Below, in pieces: positions 9,556 through 18,518 of a stretch of DNA of 64,000 bases. A model generated the notes under the pieces. The model was given only the letters and a program-made list of their open reading frames with translations. It searched no databases and was not told where the DNA came from. The DNA comes from a bacterium (GTDB taxonomy: Bacteria > Desulfobacterota > DSWW01): the NCBI GenBank assembly GCA_040756235.1, contig JBFLZG010000111.1:21349-85348 (forward strand). The letters run 5' to 3'. Position 1 is the stretch's first letter. Each line of letters begins with the position of its first letter. Both the position numbers and the translations under genes were made by a program.

Positions 9556-10845
9556 ATGAACACGCACTGCGTCGGCGCACTCCGCATCACCGTGGAACGC
9601 GAGGGGGCCCGCGAGCACGCCAAGGTCAGCTACCCGGTCCGGTACGGCAGGTACGGGGAAATCACCTCCTCCGGTTTCGTCTACCACTTCAACCGAAAGG
9701 GCGAGATCAGGCATCTGCACGCTCGCCTGGACGGATGGCCCCACCCTGCCGACTGGCTGAAGCGCACGCCGGGGAACGACTGGGTCTACTACTCCTCGGG
9801 AGAGTACGCGGAGGTGTTCGGCCTCACGGGAGAGTACTATCTTCCCTGCCTCTCTTACCCGAGCAACGCCGTGGTCGGAGGCAATCCCTTCGCGAACCCG
9901 GCGGTGAGCGCCGCCCTCGAGTCGCTCGAGTCCCTCCACCTCGAGCTCGGCCATCTGGCCGCGGACACTCGCAGACTTCCTGCCGCGGTGAGAGACTTCG
10001 TCGGCCGGATTGCGGCGAGCGGCCCGGCCGCCCTCCGGCGCCGCGCGGACCGGCTGCGACGGCTGCTCGGCGGCCGGCTGACCGTGCTGCCGCCCGACAC
10101 GCGCCACGTGGACTATGACGTCCTGCCGGTTGTCGTGGCCCAGGGCTGCGCCTACAACTGCACGTTCTGTCGCGTGAAGTCCGGCCGGCCGTTCCGGGCA
10201 CGGGAGCGCGAGGCCATCGGCCGCCAGATCGAGGGCGTACGCAGATTCTTCCAGGAGGACCTGCCGAACTACAACTCGGTGTTCCTGGGCGACCACGATG
10301 CCCTGCGGGCCGGCGCCGAGGTCCTGGAATTCGCCGCGCGCAAGGCCTATGAGCGATTCGATCTGGCACACTCGTACCTGCGGGGGTCCAATCTCTTTCT
10401 CTTCGGCAGCGCGGACACGATGGCCCGCTCGGACGAGGGGCTTTTTCAGATGCTCGAAGCCCTGCCGTACGCGGCGACCTACCTCAACATCGGCCTCGAA
10501 TCGCCGGACCCGGCGACCCTGAAGGCGCTCGGCAAGCCGGTTACGCCGGAGGTCGTGGAGGAGGCGTTCGCCCGGATCTTGAACGTGAACAGAAGGTACA
10601 TGAAGATCGAGGCCTCCGCCAATTTCCTCATCGGCGCCGGGCTCCCGCCGACCCACCTTCCTTCGGTCATGGCATTGACCTCGGAGCATCCGGTGCGCTC
10701 CTGCGTCAAGGGGACCGCCTACCTGTCCCCTCTCATCCGGCGCCCCCCGGGACCGGAAGAACGCAGAAAGCTGCTCTCCCGCTTCCGTGAGGTGAAGCTC
10801 GCAAGCCGCCTGCCCGTCTACCTCTACCTGATCCAGAGGCTCTGA
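9556..10845 (+). CDS. Radical SAM protein with unknown N-terminal domain
   Basis: QGCAYNCTFC CxxxCxxC, VFLGDHDAL, NIGLES. Confidence 0.85.
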   Translation: MNTHCVGALRITVEREGAREHAKVSYPVRYGRYGEITSSGFVYHFNRKGEIRHLHARLDGWPHPADWLKRTPGNDWVYYSSGEYAEVFGLTGEYYLPCLSYPSNAVVGGNPFANPAVSAALESLESLHLELGHLAADTRRLPAAVRDFVGRIAASGPAALRRRADRLRRLLGGRLTVLPPDTRHVDYDVLPVVVAQGCAYNCTFCRVKSGRPFRAREREAIGRQIEGVRRFFQEDLPNYNSVFLGDHDALRAGAEVLEFAARKAYERFDLAHSYLRGSNLFLFGSADTMARSDEGLFQMLEALPYAATYLNIGLESPDPATLKALGKPVTPEVVEEAFARILNVNRRYMKIEASANFLIGAGLPPTHLPSVMALTSEHPVRSCVKGTAYLSPLIRRPPGPEERRKLLSRFREVKLASRLPVYLYLIQRL

Positions 10846-10870
10846 CCCCCGCAGCGGGGAGAGTAGGATC

Positions 10871-11058
10871 GGTCATCCCATTTCGTCTTCCCGGCCCAGT
10901 TGCGCAGCGCGTGTGAGCCGGGATCCAGCAGTCTGCATCAAGAGCGGGGTGCACGGACTGGATTCCGGCCTGCGCCGGAATGACGGAAGAGAGGGCCGTG
11001 TTGTCTTCCGTCATCCCGGCTCACTCGGTTAGGGTGGACAAAGCAAAGCGTGTCCACC
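10871..11058. repeat. Family A cluster plus GTAG-like REP (GGTGGACA..TGTCCACC)
   Basis: CCGGCCCAGTTGCGCAGCGCGTGTGAGCCGGGATCCAG, GGATTCCGGCCTGCGCCGGAATGACGG, TTAGGGTGGACAAAGCAAAGCGTGTCCACC. Confidence 0.85.
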
Positions 11059-11136
11059 AATCCCGGCTCAAAGTAGCGGGAGCAGCGGCGCACGGCACCG
11101 CGAGGTCGGCCAAAGCATCCTCCCTGCAGATTCCGA

Positions 11137-11166
11137 TTGACTCCGCGCCCGCGGCTCCGTTAGCAT
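11137..11166 (+). promoter_or_regulatory. Putative sigma70 promoter
   Basis: TTGACT-N18-TAGCAT upstream of the 11252 CDS. Confidence 0.45.
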
Positions 11167-11251
11167 TGAAACAACGTTGTGGATTATATCTTTACACAAT
11201 CGGATGGTGATCCGACCGCGTCCGGCCCTTCACGGCAATGGGGGGGGAGCC

Positions 11252-12709
11252 ATGATCCACGTCAAAATGGGCGAAAGCTCGAAGCAGGAGACGATCGCGC
11301 ACGGCGTGATCCGGATGACCGTGGTTCTGATCTTTCCCGCGATTCTTTCCTTCACATTCTTCACAGGCCCCATCCGCGCGGGGGCAGCAGAGACTTCCGC
11401 CGTCAACCAGGCTTTCAGTGACGTCCTCGACAACCTGATGTCGAACTACTGGTCGCCGCAAGACAACGGCGACTGGCTCCACGACGAGATCGGCGGTTGG
11501 GACACGTGCGCGGGCTATGACGCCTCTCAGTACAGCACGGACCTCTTGTACCCCCTGGCCCTCGAGACGGGCGACTCCGTCTTCGAGGAACGTGCGAACC
11601 GCACGGTCGAGTACGTGATCGGCATCGCGAACCTCGAGGCGCTCCTCGAGAAGGTCACAAACGGGGAAGACCTCACCGAAGAGGGCGCGAGCCTCCCCGC
11701 CCTTCTCTATGGCCAACGCTACTACACCGGCGCTTCTCCCTATGAGTTCGACGGCGAAATCCGGGTGGTGGCCCTCCTGGCCGGCGGTCTCCTGCATCAG
11801 GGGTATCCCTTCAGCGATATCCTGAACGCCTACAGCGGACCGGCTGCCGTGGCGTACTACATCCTCATCAGCGCTTACACCTTTCGCGATCAGGGAGCGC
11901 CCGGCCAGTCCTTTCTCATGGCGAGGCAGGCCTACAGCCTCCTGGATCTCGCAGAGCCGTATTGGGTCCAGGAGACCGAAGACTCCGGCTACTACGAAGA
12001 CCCCGCGAGCTGGGATTCCCTCTGGGACTGGGGGCTCGTGCTTCAGGGCGTGGCCCTCGCCTACCAGGCCAGCGGCCAACCTTCCTATCTGAAACGCGCC
12101 CGCGACATGCTGAACTACATGGAGGCCGACTGGGACGGCGCGGCTCCGTACGGCTATTGCGATTCCCCTTCCTGCACGAGCAAGACCCTCTCGGTCAATC
12201 ACATGCTGGCCCGCGGTCTGCTCATCCTGTACGACGCCACCGGCGAGCCGGCGTGGTTGGAACGCGCGGCGAAAGTCATCGAGTTCATGACGGACCCGGC
12301 CATCCTCATCGAGGACGACCGGTTCCCCGGCTTCCGGATCATCGGCCACGACTGGACCTCTTACTACGGAGCCAACCACTGCTCCTGCTCCGGGTGCAAT
12401 TTCGCTGTCCTGGCCGCCATCTGCAACCACAACGTTCTCGAGCGGGACGGCCCCCAGGGGATCGACCCGCTGCCTGGGTGCGTGATCGCCACGACCGCTT
12501 ACGGAAGCGGCCTGGACGGAAGGATCCGCATGCTGCGGGAATTCAGGGACAGGCACCTCAGCCGATGGGAGCCGGGCAGAGAGCTCATCGCGAGCTACTA
12601 CAGGTACAGCCCTGCGCTTGCGGACGCGCTGGCCCGGCACGAGTGGCTCCGCACCATTGTGCAGGCGCTGCTCCTGCCCTTCATCGGCTTTGCGTCGCTG
12701 TTGGTGTGA
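11252..12709 (+). CDS. Secreted six-hairpin (alpha/alpha)6-like protein with C-terminal CFI-box-CTERM sorting domain
   Basis: Signal/TM segment; repeated LYxxTGxxxYLxRA-type helices; C-terminal GCVIATTAYGS..LREFRDRHL..YYRYSPALA plus TM tail. Confidence 0.75.
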   Translation: MIHVKMGESSKQETIAHGVIRMTVVLIFPAILSFTFFTGPIRAGAAETSAVNQAFSDVLDNLMSNYWSPQDNGDWLHDEIGGWDTCAGYDASQYSTDLLYPLALETGDSVFEERANRTVEYVIGIANLEALLEKVTNGEDLTEEGASLPALLYGQRYYTGASPYEFDGEIRVVALLAGGLLHQGYPFSDILNAYSGPAAVAYYILISAYTFRDQGAPGQSFLMARQAYSLLDLAEPYWVQETEDSGYYEDPASWDSLWDWGLVLQGVALAYQASGQPSYLKRARDMLNYMEADWDGAAPYGYCDSPSCTSKTLSVNHMLARGLLILYDATGEPAWLERAAKVIEFMTDPAILIEDDRFPGFRIIGHDWTSYYGANHCSCSGCNFAVLAAICNHNVLERDGPQGIDPLPGCVIATTAYGSGLDGRIRMLREFRDRHLSRWEPGRELIASYYRYSPALADALARHEWLRTIVQALLLPFIGFASLLV

Positions 12710-12745
12710 CACCACCCGCGACGGCCACGGCAGGACCGAGCACCG

Positions 12746-14728
12746 TCACTCCGCCGGGAGATAGCTGAACGCCCGGTAGACGAACTCCGTCCAGGGCGAC
12801 TCTCCCTGGTTGGCGATCCGCACCCGGACTCGATCCCTGCCGGCCGTCAGGGAGGCGGGCAGCAGGAAGTCGCTGTCCGCCCAGCGCTGGCGGGGGTTCT
12901 CCCAGACGTCGTACCAGATGCCGGCCGGGCTGCCGTCCACAAAGACCTCGGCCTTCTGCCTGCCGTGAGACTGGTCGAGTCTCCTGCGCAGGAGGACGCC
13001 CACGTTCGCGGGATCGATGGCCAGGTCGAATTCGCTCCAGCCCGCAACCAGGTGGCCCTCGTCCGTGACGATCACGTCGTCCGCGTCCCCTTCATAGACG
13101 GAATCGACGATGCCGGAGGGCTCGACTCCCTGCGCCGCATAACCGTGCTCGGCGCGCGAGGACGCGTCGGCCGGGTGCAGCTCGTCGGGGGACGAAAGGA
13201 GCGCGTCGGGCTTCCCGTACCCATAGGCGACGCTCGAGTGGGTGTCCTCGATGTTGGTGTTGTCTCCATCGTGCTCGATGCCGAAATCGGCCCCGTTGAA
13301 GAAGGGAACCAGGTCCCCCAGGTGCACCCGGTAGCATCCGGTCTGGCTGCGCGCTCCAACTCGCCTCAGCCGGAAAGGGCTTCCGTGCAAAGGCCGGGAG
13401 AAGGGGCCGATGACGATGTACCAGCCTGCGTTGAAGTAATCTTCGGTCCCGGTGCCGTAGATGGCAGGGGAGAGCGACCCGTTCACGTAGAACCGCTCGT
13501 CTCCCTCCATGTACGTATGCGGTATAGGTCCGGTCATGGTGTAGGTCACCCCGACAAAGTGGCCGCTGCCGCCAAAGCTCGCAAAACCGTAGTCTCTGCC
13601 GATGGCGGTAGGATCCTCCTGCCGGTGAGTCGCGATGAAATAGCCGGAAGCCGCAGGGTAGCGGGCGTCCAGCACCTCCAGCTCGTAGTCGATGGTGGCG
13701 TCCACTTCTCCGCGGTTTTCGAGCGTAAGTGCCGCGGAAGACCAGAAAGGCATGGGGAAACGACAGTAGTAGCGGCCGTCCTTGCGGCCGAAGAGCAGCC
13801 CCTGGGGCGCCGCTTCAGGATAGTAGGAGCCAAAGAACTCGTTTACCGGCGCCTGGATGTCGGGCTCGAGGTGACCGTCCCAGTGGGCGACGATCCAGAT
13901 GGAGGAGGCGGTCTCGAACCCGAAAGGCACGACATCCAGGTAGAGGTTCCACACCGCGCCGGCTCCCTGCTCGGACAGGAAAGTCCCGGACCCGCCTGCC
14001 GGCAGCGAGAGCCGGCCTGATCTGCGGCTCACGTCCGCAGGCGGCTTCGGATCCCGGGCAGGCTCCTCCCACTGTGCGAACAGGCGGGAATAGTCCTCGT
14101 CGCCCGAGAAGGTCTCCACGGTCTGGTCGCCGTCGAAGCGCTGAAAGGTGATGTTGTAGTACTCGGGCGGCACGCTCAAGGTGATTTTCGCGCGCTGCCG
14201 ATAGCAGATGGGCACGTAGCAGACGTAGCCTCCTCCTGACTCGCTGATGAAGTTGACCAGAGGAAACAGAAAGGGTGCCTGGACCTGCGAGAAGAAACAA
14301 GTGAAGGGTAGGTCGACGAGAGGAGTCTCCATGTCTTCCACGTAAATGCGGATCTGGCTGTCCCAGGCGATCAACGCCGTGAACCACATCCGGTAGATGC
14401 AGCCGGGGCCGTAGTCATCGAAGACGACGTACTCGCCTTTCTCGTCGGCGTAGAGCTGGGTGTTCCGCGGGAAGCCGTCATCGTTGCCTCCGGTCTGGTC
14501 ATGGCTCGAGAGCTGGCGGGCCAGCGTCCGGTAGCGCAGAAGGGGGAGCGAAGCCGCATCGGCCACCGCCTCCACGCCGGGGCCCGGCGGCTCCAGCCGG
14601 AGGCCGGCCGCGCTTCCGGCCGACGGGTTGTCCGCGCCGTCTCCGCCGCCGCAGCCGGCCGCAACGAGAGCCCCGCACAGGACGGCGTCCGCCAGGACAA
14701 AGAGGAAGAGACCTCGGCTCGTCTTCAT
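12746..14728 (-). CDS. DUF2961 (GH172-like) lipoprotein
   Basis: Lipobox VAAGC; SSHDQTGGNDDG, GPGCIYRMWFT, MEGDERFYV, GTGTEDYFNAGWY motifs. Confidence 0.88.
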   Translation of the reverse strand: MKTSRGLFLFVLADAVLCGALVAAGCGGGDGADNPSAGSAAGLRLEPPGPGVEAVADAASLPLLRYRTLARQLSSHDQTGGNDDGFPRNTQLYADEKGEYVVFDDYGPGCIYRMWFTALIAWDSQIRIYVEDMETPLVDLPFTCFFSQVQAPFLFPLVNFISESGGGYVCYVPICYRQRAKITLSVPPEYYNITFQRFDGDQTVETFSGDEDYSRLFAQWEEPARDPKPPADVSRRSGRLSLPAGGSGTFLSEQGAGAVWNLYLDVVPFGFETASSIWIVAHWDGHLEPDIQAPVNEFFGSYYPEAAPQGLLFGRKDGRYYCRFPMPFWSSAALTLENRGEVDATIDYELEVLDARYPAASGYFIATHRQEDPTAIGRDYGFASFGGSGHFVGVTYTMTGPIPHTYMEGDERFYVNGSLSPAIYGTGTEDYFNAGWYIVIGPFSRPLHGSPFRLRRVGARSQTGCYRVHLGDLVPFFNGADFGIEHDGDNTNIEDTHSSVAYGYGKPDALLSSPDELHPADASSRAEHGYAAQGVEPSGIVDSVYEGDADDVIVTDEGHLVAGWSEFDLAIDPANVGVLLRRRLDQSHGRQKAEVFVDGSPAGIWYDVWENPRQRWADSDFLLPASLTAGRDRVRVRIANQGESPWTEFVYRAFSYLPAE

Positions 14729-14944
14729 GGCCCTGCCCTCCGCAATTATGCCGAGTCTAGCAGAACGATAACGACGCAACAAAACAAAATGCTGTGTTCC
14801 GCAACGTGAAGCCCCATTTCCGTTGTGCCATGCTCCAATCAATTTTGTGTTTGACTCCCCGATACGGGTCAAGGTAGCTTGACCAAGGCTTTTCCCGCCT
14901 GAATTCGCCCGTCACTTGGAGAAGGTGCCGCATAACACCCGTGC

Positions 14945-15097
14945 AGAGGCTGGCGAGAAATGGCCGGATGCAAGGCAGGCGAAGCCCTGAGGATCCAGGC
15001 ACCTCACTGACGGAGGAGGGTGGGGAGCCTGCCCCGGCGAAGGCCGGGAACGAAGAGCGAGCCGAACGCAGCAGGTGGCCGTTCATCGACAGCCTCT
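14945..15097 (+). repeat. Hairpin element family B copy
   Basis: AGAGGCTGGCGAGAAATGGCCGGATGCAAGGCAGGCGAAG ... GCAGGTGGCCGTTCATCGACAGCCTCT. Confidence 0.85.
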
Positions 15098-15112
15098 CAA
15101 AGGAGGTGCCAG

Positions 15113-15895
15113 ATGCCCAGCATCCACAGCAAGGAGTTCCCCTGGTACTCGGACTCGGACAAGAACCGGAAGGAACACGTCGTCTCGGCCGGAAAGCTCA
15201 TGATGAACGCGGCGCACACGGCCCCGGTCACGGGCGGCGTGGACAACATCGAAGCCGAGCTCATCTGGGGCGAGAAGGAGCTCGCCCAGCTCGCGGACAA
15301 GATGGACGAGCTTTCCTATCTGCCCGAGAACAAGCGCGTCGACGAGTTGTTCCGGACAGAGGGCCAGATGGTGAGAGAATCGGATTGCGTCCTCGCCCTG
15401 GGAAGCTTCCGCGCCCGCAACATGCCGTTCGACGCCAACTGCGGCATGTGCGGGGGCGCGTCCGGCTGCGGGTTCGTGTACTCCCGGCGCAGGGCCGTGG
15501 CCGGCCAGATCGACCATTCCGACAAGAGCCTGTCGAAGACCACCATCGACGGCCCCCTGTGCCAGATGTTCCTGCACAACCTGGGCTACGGAATCGGATC
15601 GGCCTTGTGGACCGCGCGCACCCTGCTGGTGGACGCCCGGCCGTTCATGACCGTGGGCGTTGCGGCCAACCGGCTCGGCTACTGCAGGAATTCCGCATTT
15701 GTCGTGGGGATCCTGCTCTCCGCCACCTCCAAGAACCCGTACGTGGACATTCCCTATCACCACCACGTGGTGAACATGCGCCGGATCGTGGAATCGGTGC
15801 ACCAGGCCTTCATCATCCCGAGACAGATGGGCCTCGACTATCGGCTCCATCCCTTGAAGAAAGCCAAAATAGGTAAGGACGAGGACAAGGACTAG
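15113..15895 (+). CDS. DUF2148 ferredoxin-domain (nitroreductase-like) protein, paralog 1
   Basis: AAHTAP..GVDN, NCGMCG..C, GPLC, LGYGIGSA, GILLSATSKNPY; AGGAGG RBS. Confidence 0.82.
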   Translation: MPSIHSKEFPWYSDSDKNRKEHVVSAGKLMMNAAHTAPVTGGVDNIEAELIWGEKELAQLADKMDELSYLPENKRVDELFRTEGQMVRESDCVLALGSFRARNMPFDANCGMCGGASGCGFVYSRRRAVAGQIDHSDKSLSKTTIDGPLCQMFLHNLGYGIGSALWTARTLLVDARPFMTVGVAANRLGYCRNSAFVVGILLSATSKNPYVDIPYHHHVVNMRRIVESVHQAFIIPRQMGLDYRLHPLKKAKIGKDEDKD

Positions 15896-15916
15896 GCTAG
15901 AATTAACGACTCTGAT

Positions 15917-16079
15917 GCAGGCTGTTCGAAAATGCCCAGATGCAAGGCAGGCGAAGTTATGAGGAATGAGGCGTACTTCGGAATCACAGTGGACCCCGGC
16001 CTTCGCCGGGGCAGGCTCCCCGCCCGCCTCCATGACCAGCGAGCCGAACGCAGCAGATGGGCGTTTTTCAACAGCCTGC
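15917..16079 (+). repeat. Hairpin element family B copy
   Basis: GCAGGCTGTTCGAAAATGCCCAGATGCAAGGCAGGCGAAG ... GCAGATGGGCGTTTTTCAACAGCCTGC. Confidence 0.9.
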
Positions 16080-16095
16080 CGGGGAGGTGAGGACC

Positions 16096-16989
16096 ATGGC
16101 GATGGTCGACGGACGCGCATTCGCGCAGGAACAACTGTGGCAGTCTGCAGGGCTGGTGCTGAACGCTTACTACAAGGCTCCCCTGGTCACCAGCCGGCTC
16201 GACCAGAAGGCGCTCCTCCTCTCCGGCGAGGAGTTGATGCCCATGCTCGACCTGATCGAGACCCTCTCGAAAAAGGTCGGAGGCCACGAGGCGACGCAGA
16301 ACATCTTCTTTCCATTGTACATGGACTACCTGGCCTACCGCGTCGCCATCGAGAAGGGGCAGTCTCCGGTCCTGCTCCTCCTGGGGGCGAATCTCGCCAA
16401 GGCCGACCTCGGATGGGACTGCGGCGCCTGTGGTTTTCCCACGTGCGGGGCGATGATGAAGCACTTCAAGGAGCAAGGCGGGCTGGGGAGAATGATCGTC
16501 GGCCCCTCCTGCGCCTGGAAATCCCTGGACTGGGGGATCGCCTGCGACTATGCCTGCGCCGCCGCCTGGGAGCTGAACATCGAGAATCGGATCGAGGGAA
16601 CGTTCGGGCTCGTCGCGTACGCCCTGGGCTACATGGACGACGTGACGGCCGTGATGGCTCTCCCGTTGGGGCCCGTGACGGAGTTCTGGTACTACAACCG
16701 GCCGACCATGGGCCAGGTCGTCACGCCCGAGAAGCAGGCCGAGCTCCTCCGGAAGAACGTGCCCGTGCACTGGGTCATGTTCGCTGGCGACTTGATGCCG
16801 CCCATGAAGGGATACGGCCCGTGGTGGGAGAAGCCCGCCGAGTACGCGAAGGTCGGGCCGGATCCGGAGTACACGGAGCTCCAGGACAAGAACAAGATGG
16901 TCCTGCTCGAAGCGGTGATGGAGGTCCGGCCCAAGGTCGAGGCGATCAAGCAGAAGCTGAAGGAAAAGACGGAGCAGATGTTGAAGTAG
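16096..16989 (+). CDS. DUF2148 ferredoxin-domain protein, divergent paralog 2
   Basis: DCGACGFPTC, GPSC, WGIACDYA, IENRI, ALPLG motifs. Confidence 0.78.
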   Translation: MAMVDGRAFAQEQLWQSAGLVLNAYYKAPLVTSRLDQKALLLSGEELMPMLDLIETLSKKVGGHEATQNIFFPLYMDYLAYRVAIEKGQSPVLLLLGANLAKADLGWDCGACGFPTCGAMMKHFKEQGGLGRMIVGPSCAWKSLDWGIACDYACAAAWELNIENRIEGTFGLVAYALGYMDDVTAVMALPLGPVTEFWYYNRPTMGQVVTPEKQAELLRKNVPVHWVMFAGDLMPPMKGYGPWWEKPAEYAKVGPDPEYTELQDKNKMVLLEAVMEVRPKVEAIKQKLKEKTEQMLK

Positions 16990-17002
16990 GGGAGGCGGTC
17001 CC

Positions 17003-18313
17003 ATGCGCGTCTTCACGGATGAAGAGCTGCTCGAAGAGGCGAGGCCCCTGTCGGAGCGGGCCCTGGAGGCCCTGGAGAAGGGGCGGATCGAGCGGCTCCA
17101 CTGTCTTCTCAACGAGATGGATGCGGGCCACAAGGAGCTTTGTGCTCTCGGGCTCCACTGGCTCCCCAGGATGTGGGCAAAGATCCGCAACGACATGGGC
17201 GAGGCCGCCCTGGACCGCATGCTCGGCGAGATCGCCTCTTATCTGATGGAGCCCTATGTCGAGGAGCTCCGCAAGGGCGGTGAAAAGGATTTCATTTCGC
17301 AGATCGTCCAGATCTGGCGGTCCCAGTACGGAGCGCGCATCGTCCCGGTCGCCGAGACGGCGGGCGAGGCCGTCTTCGCGCTGTCGCCCTGCGGCTCCGG
17401 AGGCCGGCTCGTCCTGGAGGGGTGGCCCCAGGCCCTGCCGGAGCTCTATGCCCCCTGTTCGGACGGCACGCCGATCTACTGCCGCGGCTGCCAGGCCCTG
17501 CAACGGGCGTGCAACGCAGCCTGCGGCGCGGAGGTCTGGACCACGCACCTCCGGGGCGATCTCGCCGGCGCCTGCGAAATGCGTTTCTCCAAGCAGGCGG
17601 AGGCGGCCAGGGGGCGAAAGCTCTTCGAGCCGGCCGAGCTCTACCGGCTCTGCCAATCGAACTGTCAGCAGGCCCTGGAGAAGCTCCTCATGGGCGACCT
17701 GAACATCCGGGAGCTCATCCGGGACCAGCACCGGGAATGGCGGCCGTACCACGATCTCATGGTCGAGTACGCGGCCTGCACCCAGTCGCTGGTCTACCGT
17801 GCGAAAGGGGCGGGCTATCTCGACGCCTTTCTGAAGGAGACCTATGATTCGGCCTTCAAGATGTTCTACCCGGTCCATGACATGCTCGACGACGTAAGCC
17901 TCCTGCGCCTGTTCGCCCGCGTCTGGCACTACCACCAGGCCACCTACAGCATTCGCGAGGAAGAGGACCGGTTCGCCTTCATCCTGGACCCTTGCGGAAG
18001 CGGGGGGAGGATGTACCGCTCCGACATGCACAAGGGCCGCTTCCGCTACGCTGAAGGCGTGCCCTGTCTGATGCAGGAGCCGGCCAACATCAACTTCAAC
18101 CGGAAGGATTTTCCGATTTACTGCACCCACTGCGCTTCGAGCAACCGGGACCAGTTCGACGGCAATCCTTTCGTATTCGTCATCGACGGGCACTCGCAGA
18201 AGGACCCCGGCTCGCCCTGCATCCAGTACCTGTACAAGAAGGGGGCCCCGAGGGAAGTCTCTCCCGGCATGCTCGCCGAGGTGGGCATGTCCGCGGTCCG
18301 TCCGCGGGCGTAA
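17003..18313 (+). CDS. Hypothetical protein with two tandem 4-Cys domains (PCGSGGR ... PIYCxxC ... C)
   Basis: LSPCGSGGR/PIYCRGC/ACEM in the first half, LDPCGSGGR/PIYCTHC/PCIQ in the second; GGAGG RBS. Confidence 0.85.
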   Translation: MRVFTDEELLEEARPLSERALEALEKGRIERLHCLLNEMDAGHKELCALGLHWLPRMWAKIRNDMGEAALDRMLGEIASYLMEPYVEELRKGGEKDFISQIVQIWRSQYGARIVPVAETAGEAVFALSPCGSGGRLVLEGWPQALPELYAPCSDGTPIYCRGCQALQRACNAACGAEVWTTHLRGDLAGACEMRFSKQAEAARGRKLFEPAELYRLCQSNCQQALEKLLMGDLNIRELIRDQHREWRPYHDLMVEYAACTQSLVYRAKGAGYLDAFLKETYDSAFKMFYPVHDMLDDVSLLRLFARVWHYHQATYSIREEEDRFAFILDPCGSGGRMYRSDMHKGRFRYAEGVPCLMQEPANINFNRKDFPIYCTHCASSNRDQFDGNPFVFVIDGHSQKDPGSPCIQYLYKKGAPREVSPGMLAEVGMSAVRPRA

Positions 18314-18378
18314 GAGACGGAGGCGACGTATGCGCAGCTTCTACAGCGCTCTTTAGGCTGCCAGGGCGTCTCCTATTT

Positions 18379-18493
18379 CGTCATCCCGGCCCGGTTGCGC
18401 AGCGCGTGGGAGCCGGGATCCAGAAGGGTGCACCAAGACCAGCTGTGGTAACTGGGCGCAGGGACTGGGTTCCGGCCTGCGCCGGAATGACGG
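18379..18493. repeat. Family A composite unit
   Basis: CGTCATCCCGGCCCGGTTGCGCAGCGCGTGGGAGCCGGGATCCAG ... TTCCGGCCTGCGCCGGAATGACGG. Confidence 0.85.
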
Positions 18494-18518
18494 GAAAAGC
18501 CACTGCCACGTCACGGAG

